A DNA stretch of 64,000 bases from Macrostomum hystrix (taxonomy: Eukaryota > Animalia > Platyhelminthes): the NCBI GenBank assembly GCA_950097015.1, contig CATNEN010000003.1, positions 8,990,001-9,054,000 of the forward strand, given 5' to 3'. Each line of letters begins with the position of its first letter. Within the stretch, counting starts at the first letter, position 1. The notes under the pieces are model-generated. The model saw only the letters and a list, made by a program, of their open reading frames with translations. It ran no database searches and was not told the origin of the DNA. The translations under genes were made by a program, and so were the position numbers. Positions 1 to 10,495 of the stretch are shown here, in pieces.

Positions 1-375
1 AGAGATGAGACAGGGGAGAGATGAGACAGGGGAGAGTTGAGACAGGGGAGAGTTGAGACAGGGGAGAGATGAGACAGAGGAGAGATGAGACAGGGGAGAG
101 ATGAGACAGGGGAGAGATGAGACAGAGGAGAGATGAAACAGGGGAGAGATGAGGCAGAGGAGAGATGAGACAGAGGAGAGATGAGACAGGGGAGAGATGA
201 GACAGAGGAGAGATGAAACAGGGGAGAGATGAGACAGTGGAGAGATGAAACAGGGGAGAGATGAGACAGGGAAAGAGATGAGAGAGGGAAGAGATAAGAC
301 AGGGGAGAGATGAGACAGGGGAGAGATGAGACAAGGGAGAGATGAGACAGGGGAGAGATGAGACAGGGGAGACTA
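1..375. repeat. Purine-rich minisatellite, ~16-18 bp unit (GAGATGAGACAGGGGA); same family at 48280-48460 and inside the hAT MITE at 54825-55070
   Basis: Tandem copies read directly from the sequence; the array runs off the window start. Confidence 0.95.
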
Positions 376-671
376 GATAAATACATTGGAATGGGCAGGT
401 CTAGGAGCATGCGGGCCGGAGGTTGCTGACTAATAACAGACAAATAACTGAGGTGATGAGTATTTCTTGTGCTATGATATAGGGTGAAGCAGGTCAAGCA
501 GGACGATGATTTCCAACCATCATAGCCAAAGCAACAACAGCAACAACAGCAATAGCAGAGTCGGGCGCAAAGTCTTATTTATCCCAAAAAAAGATTAGGA
601 AAATGCATTGCAGCCGCGAGTCACTAACAATCCGTGAGAAAATGAGAACGTTAGCGGCGCAGTTAGTACCC

Positions 672-3600
672 TCAATCTTCCAAGAAGAAGTAGTTCCCGC
701 TCTTCTTCTGTTCCGAATCCTTCACACTGTTGGCCTTGTTAATGCGAGGCCGGAAATTGTTTGGATCGCGGCGGAAAGTGATGCCCAACAGGTGCAGAAA
801 ACGGTTCATGCCGGCTAGCAGGTTCTCGGGACTGTTGGCGCGTGTGTCAACACCGGGCGAGCCGTCAAATACGATCACCTAGGGGGAGGTTAATAGGAGG
901 TAATCCGAATCGAGACAGATCCTGCTGAATCAATAAGACAGAACCTGAATGAATAAGACTGAACCTGAATCAATAAGACATCCTAAATGTTTGAGACAAA
1001 TCCTGAATCAATTGGACAGATCCTGAATGTTTGAGACAGATCCTGAATCAATTGGACAGATCCTGAATGTTTGAGACAGATCCTGAATCAATTGGACAGA
1101 TCCTGAATGTTTGAGACAGATCCTGAATGTTTGAGACAGATCCTGAATCAATTGGACAGATCCTGAATCAATTGGACAGATTCTGAATCAATAAGACAGA
1201 ACCTGAATCAATAAGACAGACCCTGAATCACTTGGACAGATCCTGAATGTTTAAGACAGATGCTGAATGTTTGAGACACATCCTGAATGTTTAAGACAGA
1301 TGCTGAATGTTTGAGACACATCCTGAATGTTTAAGACAGATACTGAATGTTTGAGACACATCCTGAATGTTTAAGACAGATGCTGAATGTTTGAGACACA
1401 TCCTGAATGTTTAAGACAGATGCTGAATATTTGAGACACATCCTGAATCACTAGGAAAGGTCCTGAATCAATAAGCTAGAACTAGAATTATTGAGACTCT
1501 AAGTGAACCTTTTGAGACAGATCCTGAATCACTAAGACGGAACTTAAATTCTAACCTAAAATAGGTACAGGAAATCCCCTATTTTTTGGTACTCGATAAG
1601 TACTTACCTGATCAGCCAGATAAGTAGCCATGATAAAGTCGTGCTCAACCACAAAGGCGGCCTTCTTAGCGTGCAGAATATATCGCTTGATAACTCGAGC
1701 CGCATGTAGACGCTGCTCGGAATCCAGGTAAGCGGACGGCTCGTCGATTAGGTAGACATCGGCAGGTGTGCCAAGACAGATGGCTAGGGCGACGCGTTGC
1801 AGTTCACCTCCGGACAGGTTCTGCACCTCTTGATCGTAGAGACGCTCAAGCTGAAACGTGTTGGTGCAAAGTAAAGTGTGGCTATACTATGTTCAATAAA
1901 ATAAAGAACCATGGAAATGAGTATTAGACAAGGAAATCTATGGAATGCTGGATGAATATCCAAAGAATCTCAGGATGAACATCCCAAGAATCAAGGATGA
2001 AAATCCTAAAAATCTAGCATGGAAATCCCAAGAAGCTCAGGATGAAAATCCCAAGAGTTTTAGGATGAAAATCCAAAGAGTCTCACGATGAAACTCCCAA
2101 GAATCTCAGGATGAAAATCCCAAGAGTTGTATGATAACAATCCGAAGAATCCTAGAATGGAAATCCCAAGAATCTCAGGATGAAAATTCTAAGAATCTCA
2201 AGATAAAAATCCTAAGAATCTCAGGATGAATATCCCAAGAATCTCAGGATGAATATCCCAATAATCTAGGGTGGATATCTCAAGAATCTAGGATGGATAT
2301 CCCAAGAATCTCGGGATGAATATCCCAAGAATCTCAGGATGAATATCCCAAGAATCTAGGGTGGATATCTCAAGAATCTAGGATGGATATCCCAAGAATC
2401 TCGGGATGAATATCCCAAGAATCTCAGGATGAATATCCCAAGAATCTAGAATGTAAATACCAAGAATCTCAGGATGGAAATCCCAATAATCTCAGGATCC
2501 CAAGAATCTAGGGTGGATATCTCAAGAATCTAGGATGGATATCCCAAAAAATCTAGGAAAAAAGCACAAGCACATCAGGAGTTATTTCCAAGAATGTCAG
2601 GATGGAAAATATCTGAAACCTCGTAATCCCAAGGTAAGCCTGATTCCTAGAATTTTTTAGATAAGAATCCTAATGAATCTCAGTACAGTAAATCCTCAGA
2701 ATCTCAGGATAACAAGCCTTGGTATTTCGGTACGCAAATCTACGTGGTACTCGTAATATACTCAAGTTGAGTCCTTGAACAGGGATAAATAAACATCTCA
2801 CCTCAAGCGGCCTAATAACGTCAGTCTGAAACTGCGGATGCGTGAACGCGTCGCGAATCTTCTGCAGCAGCAGATTCTGCACCGTCTTGTCCGACTTCGG
2901 GCTGATTTTCTGCGGCTTATAGCTAACTCGCAGCGGCGGCATCTCGGTGCCACCGTCGGGCTCCAGACGGCCGCCAAGCAGCCTGATGAAAGTAGTCTTG
3001 CCTGTGCCATTCTCGCCTAGCATGACAACAATTTGAGAATCGGCAAACGTGCCCGGATCAACTCTAAGGCTGAATGAGTCGCCTAGCTTCTTAGTCATGG
3101 CCGGGTATTTATAGCGCTGCTGACGTTTAGAGTCCTCTTCAACCACCGCCTCTGACACCTGGGCGAATTTGAGAGGTCGAGAGTTCGTACCTCAGCCCCA
3201 AAGAGAAACAATTTCAGTTCTTGAGCAATGCGAATAGATTCGCTGTTGATTCATTCATTCAATTGTAAAATGGGAACCTAGCATCACCTGGGTATGGGTA
3301 GCAATTACCCCAGCAATGTAGAGTTAAAGAGTCTAGCTAAAAGACAAAAATTGTCCCATTTGAGTCGGGAATCGAACCCCTGACCTTCACGTTGTGAGTC
3401 CAATGTCCTTAACACTAGGCAACATGAGCTTTGATTTGATTGTAATAATAATAATAATTGCAGGAGGGCTGCGGGAAATGGCACATCATTTGGTGACACT
3501 AGACCCGCAGCCAGCGAGGAGGCAATTCTGCTCATGTCGCTGAATACTGAGCACACACTCACACAGGTGTGTACATCTGCCCTGACTTTCTCACTGTGCC

Positions 3601-5153
3601 ATTAAGGTTGGCCATCAAGTGCGTAAATTGTACGACAAGCTTACAGATGAATGTGGCCTCGCCGCGGAATCGAGCTTAGGGACCTTAGGATGCGGTAGAC
3701 TGCTCTGCCACACACCCCATATGGAAGTCTATGAGTCAATGGGATCAGCTGAAAACAGGTAATCAAATCCTCACCTTGAACACCAGAGCGGTGTCTCGGA
3801 ACCGCAAATTCTCAGTAGGTATAAAGCCATCCAAAAAGATGTTGATACCTTCGCGCACACCGGACGGCAGTGTAACAACGCCGTAGGCTCCGGGCACGCC
3901 GTACAGGCAGCAGATGAAATCGCTGAGATAGTCCAACACGCTGAGATCGTGCTCAACAGCAACCACATAGTTACTGTCGGTCAGTAGGCTTCTAATTGCT
4001 CTGGCAGCGTTCAACCGCTGTTTAACATCCAGATAGCTGCTAGGCTCGTCGAACATGTACACATCGGCCTTCTGGATGCACACCATGGCGCAGGCAAATC
4101 GTTGCAGCTCGCCGCCGCTAAGCATCTCAATGTCCCGATCGCGCACATGCATGAGATCGAATTGTTCGCAGATGGATACTTGAACACCCCGATCGTCCTT
4201 TTTGTCTAGCAGGCCCTGGACTGTGCCCTTGACAGCTTTCGGAATCTGGTCGACGTATTGCGGCTTAACAACCGCTTTCAGGTTGTCCTCCAAAATTTTG
4301 GTGAAGAAATTTTGCAGTTCGGAGCCGCGAAAATATTGTAGAATTTCCAGCCATTCGGGCGGCTGGTTGTACCTGAACAAATGGGAAAATAGATATTGGG
4401 ATTTAGAACTAAAAAATCTGCTCTTTTACTCTACACAATCTGGGGAACAGGGAATAGACAGAACCACAAATGAGGATCAGAAAATGCTAAGAGCAACAAC
4501 TTGAGGATCATGACATGTTGAGAACATATCTAAGAAACCAAATAGGCCACAAGGCATTGACACTTCTAGCGACAATTTTGCCCAGAACATTAGGCTGACT
4601 ACTGTTAAATATTTTTGTAATGTGTTTATGTGTAATCTGCCCTGACTTTCAAATTGATCATTCAGTAGCATAAATCGTTCAATAAGCCACTAAGCCTTTC
4701 CCCCAATTTCTTTCTAGAGTATTAAGTAAAAAAAAGTCGCACTAGAAGCACCAACCTGCCAAGGTTAGGCTTCAATTTGCCAGCTAGAATCTTTAGCGCG
4801 GTACTCTTGCCAATACCATTGGTGCCAACAAGGCCTAGAACTTCGCCTGGTCTCGGCGTTGGCAGTCGATGCAGTTTAAAAGAGTTCGGACCATAACGAT
4901 GAGTAGTGTCCTTCTCAAGATTGCTGGGCAGGTTAATGATGTTAATGGCCTCGAACGGACATTTCTTAACGCAGATGCCGCAACCGATGCACAATTCTTC
5001 CGAGATAAAAGCCGTTTTATCAGTTGGCGTCACCTCGATACACAATTTACCAACTCGAACCACTGGACAGGTGCGTTTGCACTCTTGACGACACTTCTTT
5101 GGCTTGCATCGATCCGAGCTGACAATGGCTATGCGAGTTAGCTTGTCAGACAT
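672..5153 (-). CDS. ABCE1: ABCE1/RLI1 ribosome-recycling ABC ATPase with N-terminal 4Fe-4S domain, ~600 aa
   Basis: Exons 5153-4756, 4372-3775, 3158-2802, 1850-1608, 878-672, all GT-AG, total 1803 nt (600 aa + stop). Contains [15 protein letters not shown] and [13 protein letters not shown] Fe-S motifs, two Walker A motifs ([18 protein letters not shown]), two LSGGELQR signatures and C-terminal GNYFFLED. Confidence 0.98.
905..1550. repeat. Intronic 20-bp minisatellite (TCCTGAATGTTTGAGACAGA / TCCTGAATCAATTGGACAGA)
   Basis: Tandem copies filling the last ABCE1 intron. Confidence 0.93.
1950..2560. repeat. Intronic ~22-23-bp minisatellite (CCCAAGAATCTCAGGATGAATAT)
   Basis: Degenerate tandem copies in an ABCE1 intron. 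Confidence 0.9.
3355..3420 (-). mobile_element. tRNA-derived SINE head (family B)
   Basis: Minus strand GCCTAGTGTTAAGG...GGTCAGGGGTTCGATTCCC (A/B boxes). Related copies at 23790-23862, 43490-43742, 43985-44040 and 44685-44795. Confidence 0.7.
3445..3720 (-). mobile_element. Dispersed SINE-like repeat (family A) with (AAT)n tail
   Basis: Reverse-complement homologue of 27020-27355 and homologue of 38735-38990. Shared blocks GGTCCCTAAGCTCGAT, GTACACACCTGTGTG, CAGAATTGCCTCC, CTAGTGTCACCAAAT and CCCGCAGCCCTCC. Confidence 0.8.
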
Positions 5154-6361
5154 TGTTGTTCTGTTGTGTTGTCAGACTACTCGCCAGTAGCTAGTTAAGT
5201 ATTATCTTTGATAATTTGTCTATTTAAAGTACACTTTTTCAATTTTCCTGGATAAAATATCTGAAAAATGAATATTTCAATTCATGCCTTTTTTAACACA
5301 AGCATTTAAACTGGCACACAACCAAGTTTTTAGAGTTTTTATATCAAATGTTTTTAATGAAAAGTAAGTCTTGATTTGATTCAACTGTCAGGAGTTAGTA
5401 CTAATAAAAAAGCACAATAAGTTTGCCTAAACAATGAGTTTTGACTTAAATAAATCTAGTTAATAATTTAAGATTAGCTTCAAAGTCCCATTTTATCAAT
5501 AAACTGTGTGCCTTACCATTTTAACCCATTAAATCTGACACAAGTGTCCCTAATGCAATAGGATTTTTGTGAAACTCTTATATAAACTCCTATATAACTT
5601 ATAAAATTAAATGAATGAAGACTGAAGATTGAATGAAGATCTGAATTTAGTTCTGTCTTTCTTTGGCAAACAGTCACACAATATTGCCTGAAATATTTCG
5701 AAACACATCTTAAAATGCAGAAGCATCTTAAAAGTAGTCGAGACCATTCTAAATATTAAGTTAAGTTGAATATTTAAGTTAGCATGATTGCCACCAAAAT
5801 CAAGGTGCATCTAGCTGAAACTATGGGAAAATTGTGTTTTAATGCAGATTTGCTGAATCTAATAACAAAGCTTTATAAATTAACTTATAAGGCAAACATG
5901 GTCAATAACAGCTATAGACCTAGTTGATACTTATGCAAGCTTCAAGCACTCTAGATGAATATAAAGCTAATGTTTATTCCTAAGATTAATATAGAATAAC
6001 ATTTAGAATTGAGAAATATAGAGAAAAGTAGATTTAGCCAAGCACGTGGAACTTAGGATAGAACAGAATACTATATTCAATAAATACAAGACTATTTGTC
6101 TCCAGAGCCAGTACCCTCTGCTAGCTGCCCTTAGGCCCCTATGTGCTTTTTAAGTAGGATAGATAAAGCACATGTACAGGTGTCAATGTGTTACACTTTG
6201 GAAAAATCCCTAATGAATGTCAGACCCAATACAGATTATTAAATTAAAATGTTCCTAAATATAGGTATACATGGGTAGGCTACATATTTATGCTTTCTTA
6301 TGCATATTTCTTATCATTCAAACATTCTATGAAAAAATACTTGACTAGGCCTAATAAATTT

Positions 6362-6768
6362 GGATAGGCCTACATTTCGTCATCTAGATGACAATCTGTC
6401 CAATATCTCAGAGGGTGGATTATGAAGAGACTTAGACTTGTGGACACATTGTCATCTATAAAACAAAAGTTTTCAAAGTTAGAACAGAACCACCCCTCCC
6501 CATCTCCTCACATCGTGTTGGCACCTATCTTTCAACTCTTATAATGAAATCAGTTTTGACACCTCTTTTTGACAATTTAGAGTGTGAAGGGTGTTCACAT
6601 GTCTGCCCCACCACCCCACCCTCACTTTATTGATGATGAACTTGATTGCTTGTTATTAGTAGATGATGAACTGACCAAACTTTAAAGCATGCCAATTGGC
6701 TGGATGACGAAGTGTCCATCCTTCCAAGTGGATGACAAAGTTGTAAGATGACGAAGTGTCTAGGATCC
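6362..6768. mobile_element. Non-autonomous DNA transposon (MITE, possibly MULE-like), 407 bp
   Basis: Degenerate terminal inverted repeats GGAT...TTCGTCATCT / AGATGACGAA...ATCC, flanked by an exact 8-bp duplication ATAAATTT (6354-6361 and 6769-6776); subterminal GATGACGAAGTG repeats. Confidence 0.75.
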
Positions 6769-7419
6769 ATAAATTTGTAGGCCTAATTGAAACTTGCAAA
6801 CAGACAACATTTAGCTTGACACTAATCACCATATGAAAGTTATAACCATTTCAGATAGATATCAGATCAGACCAATTGTTGCTGAACTGGTTGTTACCAA
6901 AGTGGGCTGTTATCCTTAAAAAGCCATATAATGGGAGATAGGATAGGCTAGCCATGCATAGGCCTAGTTGCTAGGCCTAATACTAGGCCTACTTAAAAAA
7001 CAGAAATTGTCTTGAACACAAATAGGCCTAAGTTTCTTTGCGTACCATTGCATTATGGCAGTACCAAGAATAATAAGCGAGTATGAATTTTTAATTACAG
7101 TACTATTAGAATTGACACCCAGTAGGCCTACTATTGGAATTGGCTTCAAGAATGTATAACAGCATGAGTTATAAATTCTTGATTAGGCTCGATCTATAAA
7201 TCAAAGGCCGGAGCATTAGAAACGAATTGGGTGCTTTTTTAGTTTCTGTCAAACTGTTTACGCTTAGCACGAATATTTAAAATAAATCCGGCACTTTAGT
7301 AATAGTAAGACAGCCAAGTGCCTTAGTAAACAAAACACAAATTAGCCAATCGTGGCCGCATGTCTTACACATTACAAATTTAAAATATTTCGTATTGACA
7401 AACAAATCATACCTATTAT

Positions 7420-7505
7420 ACTTACAGCTCTTACACAGCTTTTAAAAACAAAGACAATGTATCAAAACTTATTTGTACGTCATCTTTAGAAGTTTATATA
7501 TATAT
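7420..7505 (-). promoter_or_regulatory. Putative ABCE1 core promoter and short non-coding first exon
   Basis: Minus-strand TATATATAAA at ~7493-7505, perfect donor GTAAGT at 7425-7420, and matching acceptor TTTTTCAG ending at 5261, ~107 nt before the ATG. The region looks CpG-richer than its flanks. Confidence 0.5.
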
Positions 7506-7624
7506 TAACTTATAACGCTTTTGACTTAAGTCGCATCTTTTTATAAGTATTTTTTCTATGAAATGTTTAAACAGCTAGATTGCTACTTTACTATGGTAAC
7601 TGCTAAACGATTATTTCTACAATA

Positions 7625-7780
7625 GACCACAATCCCTAGATAAAGGGGTGCTGGTCACTTCATCAACTGCCATTTCGTCAAATGGTCGTCTACTGGTCTC
7701 ATCCCTGTATTTGGTCACTTTGTCAAGTAGCTAATCGAGCCATTTCAAACTCTGGTCACTTCGTCAAATAGCCAATTTGA
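7625..7780 (+). mobile_element. Truncated DNA-transposon end with GGTCACTTCGTCAA subterminal repeats
   Basis: Several degenerate GGTCACTT(C/T)GTCAA motifs resembling those of the 6362-6768 element; no partner end found. Confidence 0.45.
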
Positions 7781-8062
7781 ATTATGCAGTAGCTGTATAT
7801 ATACATACTGTATATACTGCTGTACATACATTCTCTATACTTAGTCTGGGGTCAAGGCGCAAAGTCAAAGTCGGTGGTTTTTAGTTAAGAGCCAAAAGAC
7901 ATAGGCATAAAATAGTTACATATGATATATATTTATTGCATATCAAGTGAGTGCATTTACAGTGCCCTCACTATGGACTGATATTATAAATTAGGGCCTA
8001 TTATGTACTCAACTCTATTCTGAAACTTAGAATGAATATCAATGTAATTTTATTGTATTTAA

Positions 8063-8861
8063 TGTCGTAGGCCTACTTCTTAAATCCCACTGCTTTCACC
8101 AAATTGATGTAGGGCTCCTTACTAATATCTTACAGCTGCCACTAAGTTGTCGTAGGCTCTCTCCTCTTTGGGTTTAAATATCACCGATACTCTTTTATTA
8201 AATATTAACAATTGCTTATTTCACACCTTGGATTACCCTTTGAAATAACTCTTAATTTCCCTTGTCTATGACTTAGTTATTCTTCATAGGCTAGCTATGT
8301 ATCCTCTTATTGCATATGCATATATTGTTTAACTTGGCCAGATAGGCTGCTTTCCTTCCAAAAATTTGGTAGCGTTCTCACGAGTGTCCGAGCGGCAAGA
8401 CACTTCTTCCTCTCCTCTACTTACTCACAACTGTCTGGCTCTCTGGTTTGTTCCCAGTCTTTCAAGGCTTCCAATGGACTGAAGTTGCCCAACTTTGCAC
8501 ACAGTGCTTTTCCACCAATCGGGATTTACCCTTCTGCTCTTTAGTTTTACACTCCACTGCTTTTTATGACTATTCCTTTCTTTATTCTTTCGAATATTCC
8601 TGGCTTGTGTATTAACACGGACCTGCTTTTCTCCTTTCTAAAATAATTGAAAAACACTTTGAGATTTATTCTCCTTTTTGCTCTCCGAACTGGGCACGGG
8701 GCACCGGTTGGGGCTTTTTGGGTTAAACTGCGTCTATATTTATAGCAAAAATTGGGGCGGGTGGTGCAACACATTAAAACAAACCAAAAATATAAAACTG
8801 AGGAAAAGCATTTGGCGGGAATTCAACTTTAAGAATATACGATAAATTTGGGCCTGCCTCA
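8063..8861 (-). repeat. 3' LTR (799 bp)
   Basis: Direct repeat of 16205-17003; preceded on the minus strand by the purine tract ATAGGGGAAG and CCAGT. Confidence 0.97.
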
Positions 8862-8878
8862 ACTGGCTTCCCCTATAT
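8862..8878 (-). other. Polypurine tract region
   Basis: Minus strand ATAGGGGAAGCCAGT immediately before the 3' LTR TG. Confidence 0.7.
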
Positions 8879-9034
8879 ACATTTTGGAATAAGACACGCG
8901 TGACAAAATTTATAGTAACAATAGCGTACACAAAATAAAACGGATAGCAAAAAAAACGGGTAGCAGAAAAATTTTTTAGAAAAGTAAAATACAACACCAA
9001 ATAAAACGATTAAAACACGACCAAATTGTCCTTT

Positions 9035-10231
9035 TTAAGAAAAATAACAGTCTTCAGGCAATCTCTCGTTGCGGGGCCAACCGACCGTACTCGCCATCCA
9101 CCTCAACTCAATGTTGAGAGGGATGCGGTTTACCGGCAGTGGACTGCGGTTGATTACTTTTCGCGCATATTGTACAGCCCTTTTCCAGGCGGCTATACAA
9201 TGGCTCCGGGCGAACTTCTCGCATAGAACACGCATAGCGGAATAGATTGCGGCCCGCTGCGGATATCGCCGATCATTGTTGTACAGTCCGGCATCCAGGA
9301 TGTAGCCCTTCAGGTGACGGATTAGCCGCGTGTAATGCTCGTGTTGGGCCTGAGGAATCTCCGCCATTATTCGGGCGAATTCTTCCTGATTCTCCGCGGG
9401 CTCCATATCGATGTCCTCATCTGATTCTGGGCGCTGCTGCGGCTGTGGCGACTGCTGCAGTGGCTGTTCTTGCTGCAACGGCTGCTGCGACGGCTGCAGC
9501 TGCAGCTGCTGCTGTGATGACTGCGGCTGTGACGGCTGCGAGGACTGCGAGGGCTGCGGCTGCGACTGCTGTGACGACTGCGAGGGCTGCGAGGGCTGCG
9601 GCTGCGACTGCTGTGACGACTGCGGCTGCGGCTGTTGCTGGAAGTCTGTCCTGTATTGGTACTGGATTGGTACCCTCTGCGCCTTTGGTGCTATGTGCCG
9701 ACCCTTAGGCGGTGGCTGCGGCTGCGGAATCGGCTTCGGCGCTATCGACCGTTGTCCGGCAGCTCGTCGACCTGGCTCCTGGCTTGGTGTACTGATGACT
9801 TTGATGGTTCTGGCCACCTCCGTGGGCATATTTTGAGCCTTTTCCAATGCTGCCACTGGTGCGATTGACTGCTGTCGGAGTTGGTTTACCCTTGCGGTGG
9901 CATCGAGGAAAACCGGTAGCCTTGAACTCGGCAGTTTCCTCTTACTCGCGATTTCTTCTTGCATCGTGGTGGCAGCTCGCTTCTGGCTGTTTGCCCTCGA
10001 TTGCTGACCAACCATAGACGGTTGCGTCCTCTGCCGCAATGGCGCCTCGAGTTCTTCCGACTCATCGATGATCACTTGAATAATATCTTCTTCGTCATTA
10101 TCGGCTCTTTTCTCCTTATCCTGCTTCACTCTATCCGGCTCAACATTCTCATTATCTGAGAAATCTACAGTCACAGCTTCTAACAGCTTCTCAAACTCAC
10201 TCACGCTCATAGCTTCACGATCTTGCTCCAT
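9035..10231 (-). CDS. Retrotransposon ORF3, ~398 aa, unknown function, not envelope-like (acidic N-terminus, Q/P/S-rich linker, ~115-aa C-terminal domain)
   Basis: Open from the first ATG (10231, MEQDREAM...) to the stop at 9035, between pol and the 3' LTR in sense orientation; no signal peptide or TM segment visible. Confidence 0.85.
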   Translation of the reverse strand: MEQDREAMSVSEFEKLLEAVTVDFSDNENVEPDRVKQDKEKRADNDEEDIIQVIIDESEELEAPLRQRTQPSMVGQQSRANSQKRAATTMQEEIASKRKLPSSRLPVFLDATARVNQLRQQSIAPVAALEKAQNMPTEVARTIKVISTPSQEPGRRAAGQRSIAPKPIPQPQPPPKGRHIAPKAQRVPIQYQYRTDFQQQPQPQSSQQSQPQPSQPSQSSQQSQPQPSQSSQPSQPQSSQQQLQLQPSQQPLQQEQPLQQSPQPQQRPESDEDIDMEPAENQEEFARIMAEIPQAQHEHYTRLIRHLKGYILDAGLYNNDRRYPQRAAIYSAMRVLCEKFARSHCIAAWKRAVQYARKVINRSPLPVNRIPLNIELRWMASTVGWPRNERLPEDCYFS

Positions 10232-10279
10232 TTCGGACTTTGCTTGCTTTGTCAATATGACTTCTCTCTCACTCTGTAT

Positions 10280-10490
10280 GTTTGTTTGCCTTCCCAGGGC
10301 ACTGGTTTATATAGGCGTGAGGCTGACGCGCATCATTGTGTCTCTGATTTCATTGGGCTATACTGGCTCATTCTTGACCCTATTGGATCCCTATTTGATT
10401 TCAATTAACCCCTACCTAAGTGGCTAACCCCTACTCCCTTTCTATCCCTTGCACGTGGTCTCCTTGTGTTACTATTGCGTCACCCCAATC
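10280..10490 (-). promoter_or_regulatory. Internal Pol II promoter upstream of ORF3
   Basis: Minus strand: TATATAAA 10313-10306, CCAAT boxes 10356-10352 and 10386-10382, E-box CACGTG 10452-10457, GTGACGCAAT (ATF/CEBP-type) 10483-10474. Confidence 0.7.
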
Positions 10491-10495
10491 TCTGC

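Noticed and set aside
8547-8774. 75-aa ORF present in both LTRs (also 16689-16916)
   Set aside because: It starts upstream of the LTR TATA box, has no recognisable domain, and is duplicated only because the LTRs are.
9411-9836. 141-aa Cys-rich plus-strand ORF resembling a metallothionein or keratin-associated protein
   Set aside because: It is the antisense shadow of the CAG/CCG/TCG-rich Q/P/S tract of ORF3, and the promoter elements support the minus strand.
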